Positions 41,404-53,266 of a stretch of 64,000 nucleotides of DNA are shown here, in pieces (the first letter of the stretch is position 1; each line of letters opens with the position of its first letter). Made by a program: the position numbers and the translations under genes. The DNA lies in contig CBDCEW010000104.1 in the NCBI GenBank assembly GCA_965215885.1, forward strand, positions 192,001-256,000, given 5' to 3'. This DNA is from Candidatus Moanibacter sp. Lineage in GTDB: Bacteria; Verrucomicrobiota; Verrucomicrobiia; Opitutales; UBA2987. A model generated the notes under the pieces. The model was not told where the DNA came from and made no database searches. It was given only the letters and a program-made list of their open reading frames with translations.

Positions 41404-42749
41404 TCACATACCGATCTGTTCTCCGACATCAACAATCACTTCCTGGAGAACGTCGACGATCTGTCTCAGGTGCCTTTCCTCGACCGTAAACGGTGGGCTG
41501 ATCGCGATATGGTCGCCGGCCACCCCATCGATTAGACCGGGAGCCCCAGGCATAATCAAAATCCCCTTATTGAAGGCGAGATCCACGATTTTTCCGGTCA
41601 CACCGTCTTGAGGGTCAAAAGGGGTTCGCTTCTTCTTATCGGCTACGAATTCGATCCCGATCAACAGACCCTTGCCGCGTACTTCTCCCACGATTGGCAA
41701 CTCCTCGAATGGCTTCAGTTCCTCGAGCAGAAGCTCACCCATGCGAGCGCACCGTTTCACCAGATCGTGTTTCTCGATATAGTTCAGGACGGCCAGCGCG
41801 GTCGCGCATGATAGGGGATTGCCGCCGTAAGTGTGCCCGTGCACAAAGCTCGTGGCCTTAGCGTAGATCGCATCGTAAATCCTCTCCGCCACAATGGTAG
41901 CGGCAATGGGAGTATAGCCGCTGCTGAGGCCTTTTCCGGTCGCCATGATATCCGGAATGACATCCCAGTGATTGATCCCGAAATTCGCCCCGGTCCTCCC
42001 GAAACCGGTCACGACCTCGTCGACGATCATGAGGATATTGTGCCGGTCGCAGATCTCTCGAATGGTGGGATAATACTCCGGTGGCGGGGTCAGCCCGGCG
42101 GCCGATGTCCCCAGGATAGGTTCGGCGATGAACGCGGAGATGCTGTCGCTTCCCTCCTGGTGAATCACTCGTTCCAACTCCTCGGCGCAGCTGACGTGGC
42201 ATTCCGGATAGGTTTTTCCCAGTGGGCAGCGGTAGCAATACGGGGGAGGAATGTGCGGAAAATCGAGCAGGTAGGGTACGTAGTCCACACGCCACGAAGT
42301 TCTTCCCGATAGCGACAGCGCCCAATAGTGTTGCCGTGCCAACTCTGCCAGCGAGTGACCACCTTGTATTTCCCGGGATTCCCTGTCTCAAGGTGGTATT
42401 TACGCGCGATCTTTATGGCCGATTCAGTCGCCTCTGATCCCCCCGAGACGAAGAATACTCTCTCGAGTCCCGGAGGAGTCATCTCTGAGATTTTTTCGGC
42501 GAGGTCGATCTGGGCCTCGCTGAGGAAGTGATGATAAGTGAAAGAGACCTTTCGCGCTTGATCGTGCATGGCGTCGATGACCTCCTTCACCCCGTGGCCA
42601 ATACTGACAACATGCACTCCCCCACAGGCGTCGAGGAAGCGTCTGCCGTCCGCATCGATCAGATAGACCCCATTTCCGTGTGAGATCCGGGGCCAGTGCT
42701 CCTTCAGGATGCGATGAAATATATGATCGTCGCCCCGTGCCTCTGCCAT
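41404..42749 (-). CDS. Class-III PLP aminotransferase, frameshifted at ~42322
   Basis: SGGSEATESAIK, SWHGNTIG|ALSLSG, DEVVTGFGRTG, GKGLSSGY and HGHTY. One G is missing at ATT GG(G) GCG. Confidence 0.88.
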
Positions 42750-42932
42750 GTTACTGCGAAAAGATTTCAGAATGTGTTTAGTGGATTTGCACGTGCCTTT
42801 GTGCCGCCGCGCGGCAGGACGCTCGGCGAATTTATTCTAACATATTGCGCGTTTTAGTTGACGCCAGATGCATATACTGATTACTAACACAGGACTGGAA
42901 TTATTCACCCCCAAATTCACCCTATATCAAGC

Positions 42933-42938
42933 AGGAGG
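42933..42938 (+). promoter_or_regulatory. Shine-Dalgarno site of the CHRD gene
   Basis: AGGAGG 8 nt upstream of ATG 42947. Confidence 0.7.
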
Positions 42939-42970
42939 TATTTCCTATGAAAAAGGGATCTTATTGTTTT

Positions 42971-44426
42971 GCCTCGTCAGCAGAATCTGTGGGTTATTTC
43001 GGGTTCAGGCAAGTCGCCCATGGTATGAAATAGGGCGATCTTAAGCACTTCGAAGCATCTGCGCGAAAGCGGGCCGTCCCGCTTTTCTGATAGTGAGATT
43101 TATATTGCGGTTAAAGCCCTCCACAATGCCGCAGGAAAAGGCCTTTTTGGCCCGAAACCAGTTGAGGATGAGCGGCTCGTGTTTGCGCACCGAGCGCACG
43201 AACCTTTTGATCGGTTTGAGGCGCGAACGCATGGCGCGCGTGCACCATTTTTTCAGATACCATTGGGCCCAGTAGGGACTTTTATAATGCCACAAGAGCT
43301 GAAAGCTCTCCTTTAGTAGATAGTTGCCCGCACGCTCTTCAGATCGTACCTTGGAGCACCTCCTTGAGGCGGATCTGTTGGGTGGGGGTGAGACTTTGCG
43401 GATTTTTGAAGAAACAGTATTTGCTGAACCCGGACACTTTGACCAGCACGTTGATCCTAGCCGTCCCGAATTGCAGTTCACCTGGCTTCCGCAGCACGAA
43501 TCCATTGAGGGCCTTGTTCAGATTGGCTACCAAGTGGAAGCGATCTGCAGCGCCTGGGGTGCCTTTTTCTTGATCACTTTCAGGAGGTAAGGCTTCCACA
43601 GATCCGAGCAGACGTAAAGCTCGTAAATTCCCAGAAAAAACGCAAGAGCGATTTTACGTTGCGCTTATTGAATACGCCCAATTCGTCAAGCTGGTATGAC
43701 CACGGTGAGATTGATGCCTCGATGATACTGCACCTCATCGACTCCGATCGCCTCAATCCCGCTCATCGCGCCGTTTGGCCCCCAACGCACCATCGTCCTT
43801 CGACCGACTCGAAGACGTTGCGCCAGTTACCCTTGCCGTCTCTTCCCAGCTCAAGCGCCTCGCCCACTGGGCCAGAAACCATTGCATAGGGTACGGCCAA
43901 CTCAGATGACTCTTGCCCTTGGCCCAGGGCACCTCTTCGACCTTCACCCCGCACCGCCGGCAATTGACCCGCCGCATGCGGTAACGAAAATACACCTTCA
44001 TCCCCCACAAGGGCACAAATTCAAAATGCCTCGCCTCGCTCATGTGGTCGTAGCCGCTGGCCGTCCGGCCACACCCCGATACAGCACACCCGAGATTCTT
44101 GCGCGGCTCAATCTATCGCCTCCACCCCGATTTCACCATTTCCATACTCGCCTTTGCGTAAACAAAGCTCTTGAGGTAGCACCGATTCAGTAGCGTTTTG
44201 ATGAGCACTGGGTCCTCCGTGTTCAGGATGTATGTACTACTTTCATCCTCGGAACGGCCCGGTGCTTCAACCTTTCAATCCCATATGCAAAGAAAACACC
44301 GACCAGCCTTTCTCCGGCTGTGGAGGAGCGGGATTCAGGGCAGCGCCCTGACTTCTCCTTGTGCTCACCGACTCTACTTTCCTCTTGTAAGCGACGTTAC
44401 CCACCCACAGATTCTGCTGTAGACCC
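42971..44426 (-). mobile_element. ISL3 copy 2 (many small indels, transposase fragmented)
   Basis: Same IRs as copy 1 and a perfect 8-bp TSD ATTGTTTT (42963..42970 / 44427..44434). Confidence 0.92.
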
Positions 44427-45868
44427 ATTGTTTTCATGTATGTATTTTGTGACAGCGTCCATGCTGTATGGAGCACGACTAATTATCGATTTCCCCGTAA
44501 CGGTGGATCAGGTCGTAAATGAGCTCACTTTAGGAGAGGCCGAACCTTCGGGCACCGGATTGGTGGTTTTCGATACTGAAACAAGCCTATTGGAGTGGTC
44601 GATATCCTACGAGGGATTGACGGGAGCACCTACTGCGATGCATTTTCACGGGCCGGCGGCGGCGGGAGAGGCAACTGGTGTTGATTTGGGAATCGACGAA
44701 TTCGGGGAGGATTCGAGTGTGGGCAGCGCTACCTTAACGGCCGAGCAGGCAGCGAGTCTGACGGACGGGCTCTGGTATCTGAACATCCACACGGCGGCGA
44801 ACTCGGCGGGCGAGATCCGCGGACAAGTGGTAGCGGATGCCGCCGTGTTGCCGTTCGATTTTCCCCTTTCAGTGAATCAGACTGTAAATGAGGTCGAACT
44901 GGGTGAGGCGACACCTCAGGGAAGCGCGATTGTGACTTTTGACCCGAGGGCTGGGCTTCTCAAATGGATGATTGCGTTCGACGGGCTGACCGGGCCGGCG
45001 ACAGCGATGCATTTTCACGGGCCAGCAGCGGCGGGAGAAGCAACTGGTGTTGATTTGGGAATCGGCGAATTCGGGGAGGATTCCAGTGTGGGCAGTGCTA
45101 CGATAACGGCGGAGCAGGCCGCGAGACTAAAGGGCGGCAATTGGTATCTGAACATCCATACGGCGGCGAATGGGGCCGGTGAGATACGCGGGCAGGTTGT
45201 TCTTCAGCCCCAAGTGTGGGTGTTCGATTTTCCGATTTCTACGGATCAGCCCGTGAATGCATTGACTTTGGATGGATCGACTCCCAGCGGTACGGCGTTG
45301 GTCACTTACAACACGGAGACAAATCTGTTGTGGTGGTTCATCAGCTATGAAGGGCTCACTGGTGCGCCGACGGCAATGCATTTTCATGGACCGGCGGCTG
45401 CGGGGCAGACTGCCGGTGTAGACCTGGGTATCGGAACATTCGACGATAGTTCGAGTGTCGGTAGCGCTACATTAACATCCGATCAGGTGGGCCTTCTCCG
45501 GTCGGGGCTCTGGTATCTGAATATTCATACGGCAGCGAATGGGGGTGGCGAGATCAGGGGACAGGTTGAAATGCAGGATGGGGTAGAAGTTTTCGATTTC
45601 CCGATAACAGCAGCACAGGCTGTTAATGATATCGAACTCGGTGACGCTACGCCGAGTGGTCATGCGCTCGTGACATTCCATGCGGAATCGGGACTGGCGA
45701 AGTGGTCGATCAACTATGACGGTTTGACCGGTCCTCCCGTAGCGATGCATTTTCATGGTCCGGCGCTCGCCGGCGAATCAGCCGGAGTCGACCTCGGGAT
45801 TGGAGATTTTGACGATAGTTCAAGTGCGGGGAGCGCCATCCTGACGGCGGATCAGGAGGACCTTTTAA

Positions 45869-45960
45869 TCGCTTCGGGTTTAATTCCCCGAAGCTTGCTT
45901 CGTTTCTAATTCATAAAGTCTAATATCAAATGCCTCGGGGCTTGCCCCGAGGATCTTTAC
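45869..45960 (+). mobile_element. 92-bp non-autonomous IS200/IS605-like hairpin element
   Basis: Removing it restores the CHRD frame (LL-TTGFWYLNIHT). Subterminal hairpins CGAAGCTTGCTTCG and CCTCGGGGCTTGCCCCGAGG; no terminal IR; follows TTAA and ends TTAC. Confidence 0.75.
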
Positions 45961-48175
45961 CGACAGGTTTCTGGTATTTAAATATTCATACTGGAGCGAA
46001 TGGGGGAGGCGAGATCCGTGGACAGGTGGAGCAGCAGCTGGACCTTGTCATCTTCGACTTTCCGGTTGATACGGATCAGGTTGTAAACGCACTTGAGCTT
46101 GACGGCGCTACCCCGGAAGGGAGCGCACTCGTCACCTTCGATCCGTTGACGAGACGGTTGATGTGGGTCATTACCTACGAGGGGCTGACAGGCGCTCCCA
46201 CGGCGATGCATTTCCATGGCCAGGCAGCAGCGGGTCAGACGGCGGGGGTTGATCTGGGGATTGGGACATTTGATGAGATTGGAAGCGAGGGAGCAGCGAC
46301 GCTGACGGCCGAGCAGGCGGACAGTCTCATGGGCGGACTTTGGTATTTGAATATTCACACTTCTGGGAATGGGGCGGGAGAGATTCGGGGACAGGTTGTC
46401 CGCGAACCGGGAGTATACGCTACGTCTTTTCCGATCTCTGTGGATCAGGTGGTTAACGACCTCGATGTCGATGGCGCCACTCCGTGCGGGAAGGGAGTCG
46501 TCACATACCGGGCGGACTCCAACCTGCTGAAATGGCATGCTACATTCGTCGGATTGACCGGTTCTCCAACAGCGATGCATTTTCATGGTCGAGCACTCGC
46601 CGGTGAAACGGCTGGTGTGGACCTCGGCATTGGGGATTTTGACGATGACTCAAGCTCGGGAAGCGCAGTATTGTCTGCTGAAGAGGCAGCCGATATGCGG
46701 ACAGGGTTCTGGTATCTCAATATTCATACGGCTGCAAATCCGGCGGGCGAGATCCGGGGCCAGGTGTCCGCGCAGGTAGGCATCTCGGCATTCGAATTTC
46801 CGTTGACGACCGCGCAAGCGGTTAACGATGTGACGGGGTTGGATTCGTCTTTTGGCTTTGGTTCTCGACTTAATCCCGTGGGCGATGCCTTAGTGACATT
46901 TAACAGCCGGAGCAATCTCCTGGAATGGAGCATCAATTACAGCGGACTTACGGGGCCGCCTACGGCGATGCACTTTCACGGACCGGCCGAGCCCGGAGTA
47001 GCCACGGGTGTTGATTTAGGGATTTCGGTCTTTGATGAGAGTTCCAGTTTGGGAAGCGCGGTTCTTACGGACGAACAGGAGTTACGCCTGACCACCGGCC
47101 TATGGTATTTGAACATTCACACCGCCACAAATCGGGCCGGAGAAATTCGCGGGCAAGTGATCTCGGAGGTGCTGGACGGTATGGCCGAGCAGGTAGACTT
47201 TGGCACTGCCTTCGAAGGCAACACCTATAACGGCTTTCAAATGACAGGGCCGACCGCCACCTTCGCCTCAAACGCCGGCGAGATCACGCGCGTCTCCTTC
47301 CTTGATCCGGATGGTGACCTCGTATTTGCGGAGTTCGGCAGCGACGACCCCAATACCACACTCAGGGTTGATCTGGAAGATTTTCAAGGCGATGTCCTTC
47401 CGCCCTACAGACAACCGGGTATCACCTATTCGCAGGGTCTCGCCTCCTTTACGATCGAAAATTCCACGGCCCTGACCTTCTTTTCGGTCTTTTCCCTCGG
47501 CAACGACCCCTCGCGGATCGATGCCGCCCTCATCAGGTCGGACAGCTTCTCAGGCGATGTCGACGGAATCGCTGATATTCGATCGATAACAATCGCCGCG
47601 CCCGCCACCGAAATTGGGGCGATTAACGCGGCCAATGCGAATTTCATCGCGAGCGACGGCATCATAGGAATAGATGCGGAGGATGTAGAAGTGGGGTTCT
47701 TTCTTTTCATCGGCGACATCACCCCGTCGGTCTCCGCTGATCCGCGCATCCGCGTTAGCGCTCAATCGACTATTACGGAGATTCTTATCAGTGGAGGAGG
47801 CCTGGCGGAGGCTACGGGAAACCGTCAAATCGACACCAACGGAGTGATCTACGCGTTTCCCATTGCCGCGAGCGACGGTCAACGCTCCATCAGCGATAGT
47901 GACCTACGTCCGGATATCGACAACGGGAGCCTCGATGCGGTCCTCGATACTTTTTTCGGCGATATCGACGCATTTTTCGAGACTGACGGTCAAAGTGTGA
48001 TCGCGATCGTGCCGGAGCAGTAGTGCTTTCCTTGATGTAAGTGTGGAAATTTCAAAAGCACGTGGCAAATTGCTTGGGCGGCTCGCCTTCGCGCGAGGCT
48101 ACGGCGAGGCAGGCTGACCACGAAAAACAGCCGCTTCTTATTCTGCTGCAAAAGTCGTCGTTTCGGAATCCTCGA

Positions 48176-48248
48176 CCACGTTCTTGCGAACGCGGCTACA
48201 AGCATTAACGACTCACAGATCAGAGTAGCCGCGTTCGCAAGAACGTGG
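48176..48248. repeat. GTAG-type REP doublet
   Basis: CCACGTTCTTGCGAACGCGGCTAC ... GTAGCCGCGTTCGCAAGAACGTGG. The same unit occurs at 54573 and a partial copy at 27672. Confidence 0.85.
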
Positions 48249-51200
48249 GGAAGTTCAGGAGAATCCACTTCTAAGTCTTGACAATTTGTTTGCTGCAAAG
48301 ATCGAACTAAAGAATCCCGCTGAGCGGGAACACGCTAAACACCTTCAGCCTCCTTGTCATCGAGGAATTTGATTGCCACTCCGACTGATATGGTGTATCA
48401 GAGGGAGCTAGTTTAGAGAGTCTTGGTAGCTCTCTCTACCGCTACTGCTTCGGAAGCACTCCATTGAGCATTTTTGGTTGTATAGTTCAGACGCTTTGGA
48501 TGTGGAAGAATCGTCCTTGGGAAAGTGCATCAATGTTGGCATCCAGTTTAGCCAGTGGGGTTGCTTAATTCGAAAATGAGAGTGCGAGTATTTGGCCTTG
48601 CCGGATTCATACTCACTTCGACACTCGTTTTAGACGGAGGGAGTTCGAGTTACGTTTGGGACGGTAGTGTCGATAACGATTGGTTCAAAGCCCTGAACTG
48701 GACTCCCTCGGCCGGTGCCCCTCCCGGTCCATCGGACACGGCAACGATAAACTCGCTCACCGTAGACATATCCGGAAACACTGACGTCGAAGTTGCATTC
48801 CTCAATATGAACGGCGGCACTCTCACCGGTAATGCTACTATCACCGTGACCGGGAATTTGGACTGGACGGGAGGGGACTTTGGCGGGAGCGGAAACGTGG
48901 ATCTCACCAATACGGCGGCGCTCCTGATTTCCGGGGGCGACGGAGGACGCGATCTGAATGAACGCACCTTCAACCAGGCCGGCACAACAGTGTTTGAGCC
49001 AAGCGACACGGTGAGGATGGGGGATGGAGCGGTCTTCAACAATCAGGTGGGCGCCCTCTTTGAGATAAAAACCGACCAGTCTTTTGATTACAACAACGTG
49101 CCGCCCGAGCCGACTTTGAACAACCTGGGCACGCTGCGCAAGTCGATGGGCAACGGCACCAGTACGATCGACATCGCGGTGAACAACTCCAGTCCGGTGG
49201 AGGTGCAGACCGGGAGGCTGAGACTTACCCGTGGGGGAAACAGCAGCGGAGACTTCACGGTGAGCGCGGGTGGCATACTGGACTTTGGCGGGGGCACCCA
49301 CAGCATCGCCCTTGCCGATGGAAAGAGTATGAGCGGGGCGGGGACGGTGCGCTTCAGCGCAGGCACCACCAATATCAGCGGTAACGGTGACTACAACGTC
49401 ACAGGGGTTACCGAAGTGACCGGGGGCACGGTCAATTTCAACAGGGACGCAAATACGGTTAATACGCTTCTAAGCGCAGGTATCCTGGCAGGAAGCGGTT
49501 TGGTGACAGTGACGGGGAACCTGGACTGGACCGGAGGGGACTTTGACGGGAGCGGGAACCTCGACCTGACCGACGCGGTAACCTTTACGATCAGCGGGGG
49601 AGCGGGGGGACGTGACTTGAATGAGCGCACCCTCAACAGTGCGGGGACAACGGTATTTGAGCCGGGCGACACGGTGAGGATGGGGCAGGGAGCGCTCTTC
49701 AACAATCAGGTCGGCGCCCTCTTTGAGATAAAAACCGACCGGTTTTTTGATTACAACAACCTGCCGCCCGAGCCCACCTTCAGCAACCTGGGCACGGTGC
49801 GCAAGTCCGCCGGCACGGGCACCAGCACCTTCGATATTGCTTTCAACAGCGACGATACGGTGGAAGTGGAGACGGGCACGCTCGATATTACCCGCGGGGG
49901 CAGCAGCGACGCGAGCTTCGAGATCTCGGGCAATGCGACATTCCGGCTTTCGAGCAGTTACAGTCTGAATGACGGAGCGACATTCAGTGGAGCGGGGACA
50001 TTGAAGCTAAACAGTGGGTTGACAACGGTCACCGGTGAAGTATCGGCGGTGACCGTTGAGCACGACGGAGCGGATCTGATCGGCAGTGGCAACTTAACGG
50101 TAAGCGACACGTATGATTGGGTGAGCGGAGATATGGACGGGAGCGGTTCGACTACGATGCCGAATACGGGCACTCTGAATATCGGTGGGGGCGACGGAGG
50201 GCGCGATCTGAACGAACGCACCTTCAACCAGGCCGGCACAACGGTGTTTGAGCCAAGCGACACGGTGAGGATGGGGGATGGAGCGGTCTTCAACAATCAG
50301 GTGGGCGCTCTCTTCGAGATAAAAACCGACCAGTCTTTTGATTACAACAACGTGCCGCCCGAGCCGACCTTGAACAACCTGGGCACGCTGCGCAAGTCGA
50401 TGGGCAACGGTACCAGCACGATCGACATCGCGGTGAACAACTCCAGTCCGGTGGAGGTGCAGACCGGGAGGCTGAGACTTACCCGCGGGGGAAACAGCAG
50501 CGGAGACTTCACGGTGAGCGCGAGTGGCATACTGGACTTTGGCGGGGGCACCCACAACATCGCCCTTGCCGATGGAAAGAGTATGAGCGGGGCGGGGACG
50601 GTGCGCTTCAGCGCAGGCACCACCAATATCAGCGGTAACGGTGACTACAACGTCACAGGGAATACCGAAGTGACCGGGGGCACGGTCAATTTCAACAGGG
50701 ACGCGAACACGGTTAACGGGCTTCTGAGCGCAGGCATCCTGGCGGGAAGCGGTTTGGTGACAGTGACCGGGAACCTTGACTGGACCGGAGGGGACTTTGA
50801 CGGGAGCGGAAACCTCGACCTCACCGACGCGGTAACCTTTAGGATCAGCGGGGAAGCGGGGGGACGGGACTTGAATGAACGCACCCTCAACAGTGCGGGA
50901 ACAACGGTATTTGAGCCGGGCGACACGGTGAGGATGGGGCAGGGAGCGCTCTTCAACAACCAGGCAGGCGCTCTCTTTGAGTTCAAAACTGACCGGTTTT
51001 TTGATTACAACAACCTGCCGCCCGAGCCCACGTTCAGCAACCTTGGGACCGTGCGCAAGTCCGCGGGCTCGGGAACGAGCACGATTGACATCAGTTTTTC
51101 AAATTCTGAATCGATTGAGATTCTCACCGGCACCTTGAGTTTTACTCGAGGATTTACTCAGACGGCAGGAAGCACGACATTAAGTGGTGGCGACCTTACG

Positions 51201-51372
51201 TCCAGTCAGGTGGTCGACATCCAGGGAGGTGTGCTTGGCGGCAGCGGCCTCATCACGGGTTTCGTTAGTAACGCAGGAGAAGTAAGCCCCGGATCTTCTT
51301 CGGGAAATCTGGATATCGTCGGTAATTATACCCAAACCGTCAATGGCGTTCTCAACATCGAGATCGGAGGTC

Positions 51373-53266
51373 CAGGGTAAAAGGATTCCAGGAAGCAACT
51401 AGCTGATAAGCAAGAAGATAAAAAAAGAGCTAAACAAACCCGAGGGAATCAGTCATGTTAAGATGGGATGAAAGACAAAAAATCTTACCAACTGAATCCT
51501 TCGATAGATCGTTTAACTCTGCGTCTGGTCCTGCCCGAAGAGCAGGAGCGATTCAATGATCTATTGAAACAACATCATTATTTACACAGTGCGGGCAGCG
51601 CAGGAGAGACCCTGCGCTATGTGGCGCAGATCGACGGGCAATGGATGGGCCTGCTCTTGTGGGGGGCCGCATCCTACCGGCTGAAGGATCGAGACGAATG
51701 GATCGGGTGGGACGGGGCGCAACGGCATGCACGATTGAAACTGGTAGTACAGAACCGGCGTTTTCTGATTTTGCCCGGGGTGGATCTTGCAAATTTGGCC
51801 TCCAAGACGTTGGGTATGTGCCTGAGAGTCTTAGCCGATCACTGGCAGGAGGCTTTTGGCTATCGTCCCTTAGTAGCGGAAACGTTCGTGGACCCACAGA
51901 TTCACCGGGGCACTTGCTACGAAGCGAACGGGTGGACGCCCTTGGGCTTGAGCGCGGGATATGGCCGCCAACGCGAAGATTTCTATCAACGCCATGAGCG
52001 TCCCAAGCAGATCTGGGTCAAACCCCTCAAGGCTAATGCCCTTGAGCTTTTGCGCGCTTCAGGGCCATTGCCCGCGGCACAGAGCCAGGCGCTCAATGAA
52101 ACCGATAACTCCCATGCGGTCTGCCTCAAAGTGGAACAGATGAGCAGCCTGTGGGAACGCTTCAATCAGATAGAAGACTTCCGTCGTAAAGCGGGCCTTA
52201 GATATCGGCTCGCCACGGTCCTGAGCATGATTGTGCTCGGCACGATGTGCGGCAAACAGACCCTCAAGGGCATCGTGCGCCTGGCCCATCATCTCAATCA
52301 AGCCCAATTGCGCGCCTTACGCTCCTGGAAAAACCCCAAAACAGGCCGCTATAAGGCCCCTTGCTATGATGTCTTCTATCGGGTCTTGCAAAACGTAAAG
52401 GCCGAGCTCTTCGATAAAACCCTCACCGAATTCATCTGCTTACAAGACGGCTGTTTGCCCCGCGATATTGCCGTCGACGGCAAGACCCTCAAAGGCACAA
52501 ACACCGAAGAATCAAAGGCTCTGCACCTGGTGGCCGCAGTCGATCACCAAAGCGCTCAAACCTTAGCCCAAGTCGCTACCGCCGATAAATCCAACGAGAT
52601 CACCGCCGCCCAGACTCTCTTGCGAAAGATGCCCATTTTGGACGGCTCCACCTTCACCTTCGACGCCATGCATAATCAAAAAGAAACTGCCCACATCGTC
52701 GTCGAAGAACTCAGTGCTGACTATGTTATTCAAATTAAAGACAATCAGCCCAACATGCATCAATACGCTCAGAATCTCTTCAGCTCCACCCCCTTTTTCT
52801 CCACCAACCCGTGGACAATGACCATGGGCGACTCGAAATACGTCAAATAGCAACCCATTCTCTAAGCGCTCCCTCTGCCGGCCTGCCCCATGCCCGCCAG
52901 TTCGCCTGTGTGCAACGCACCTTCCATTATCCAAACAAAGCTGAACCTTCCTCTGAACGCTCTTACTACGTAAGCAGTCTCGATCCCGCCGATTTGAGCC
53001 CTCAACAGTTCCTCTCGAAAATTCGCAACCATTGCTCGATCGAAAATAAAAATCATTACCCCAGGGATCGCTTCTTCGATGAAGATCGATGTATGATCCG
53101 TAATCATAACGCAGCCAGAATTCTTGCTGCATGCAGGCAACTGGTTCTCAGCCTCAAGTCTTCCATGGGCGCTGAATCCACTCCCGCACTCTGTGATGAT
53201 TTCGTCTTTAACTTACATAAGGCCATCAATATCATCACCTAATGCTCCGAGAATCAAAATACCGTG
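51373..53266 (+). mobile_element. ISAs1-family element carrying a DUF4338 domain
   Basis: IRs CAGGGTAAAAGGATTC / CACGGTATTTTGATTC and a 10-bp TSD ATCGGAGGTC (51363..51372 / 53267..53276). A second copy starts at 63159. Confidence 0.92.
51468..53242 (+). CDS. DUF4338(DruA-like)-ISAs1 transposase fusion, two ORFs joined by a -1 frameshift at ~52790
   Basis: N-terminal HHYL, RDEWIGW, NRRFLILP, NLAS, ETFVD and GTCY.A.GW; then IAVDGKTLKG, KSNEI, FDAMH, IKDNQP, HGRLEIR, IENK.H and D..FDED. Confidence 0.88.

Larger units (their letters stand above)
42947..48023 (+). pseudogene. Exported 7xCHRD-domain protein with shared C-terminal domain, interrupted by ISL3 and a 92-bp element
   Basis: Seven repeats with GL.G.PTAMHFHG and WYLNIHT..N..GEIRGQV. 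The signal peptide is split by the IS. The C-terminal domain is homologous to 3935..4783. Confidence 0.88.

Noticed and set aside
44320..44434. Track start of the 529-aa CHRD ORF
   Set aside because: It begins inside the ISL3 end. The native start is upstream of the IS at 42947.
51468..52040. Druantia anti-phage system
   Set aside because: The DUF4338 domain lies inside an IS bounded by IRs and a TSD, and no DruE helicase or other dru genes are in the window.
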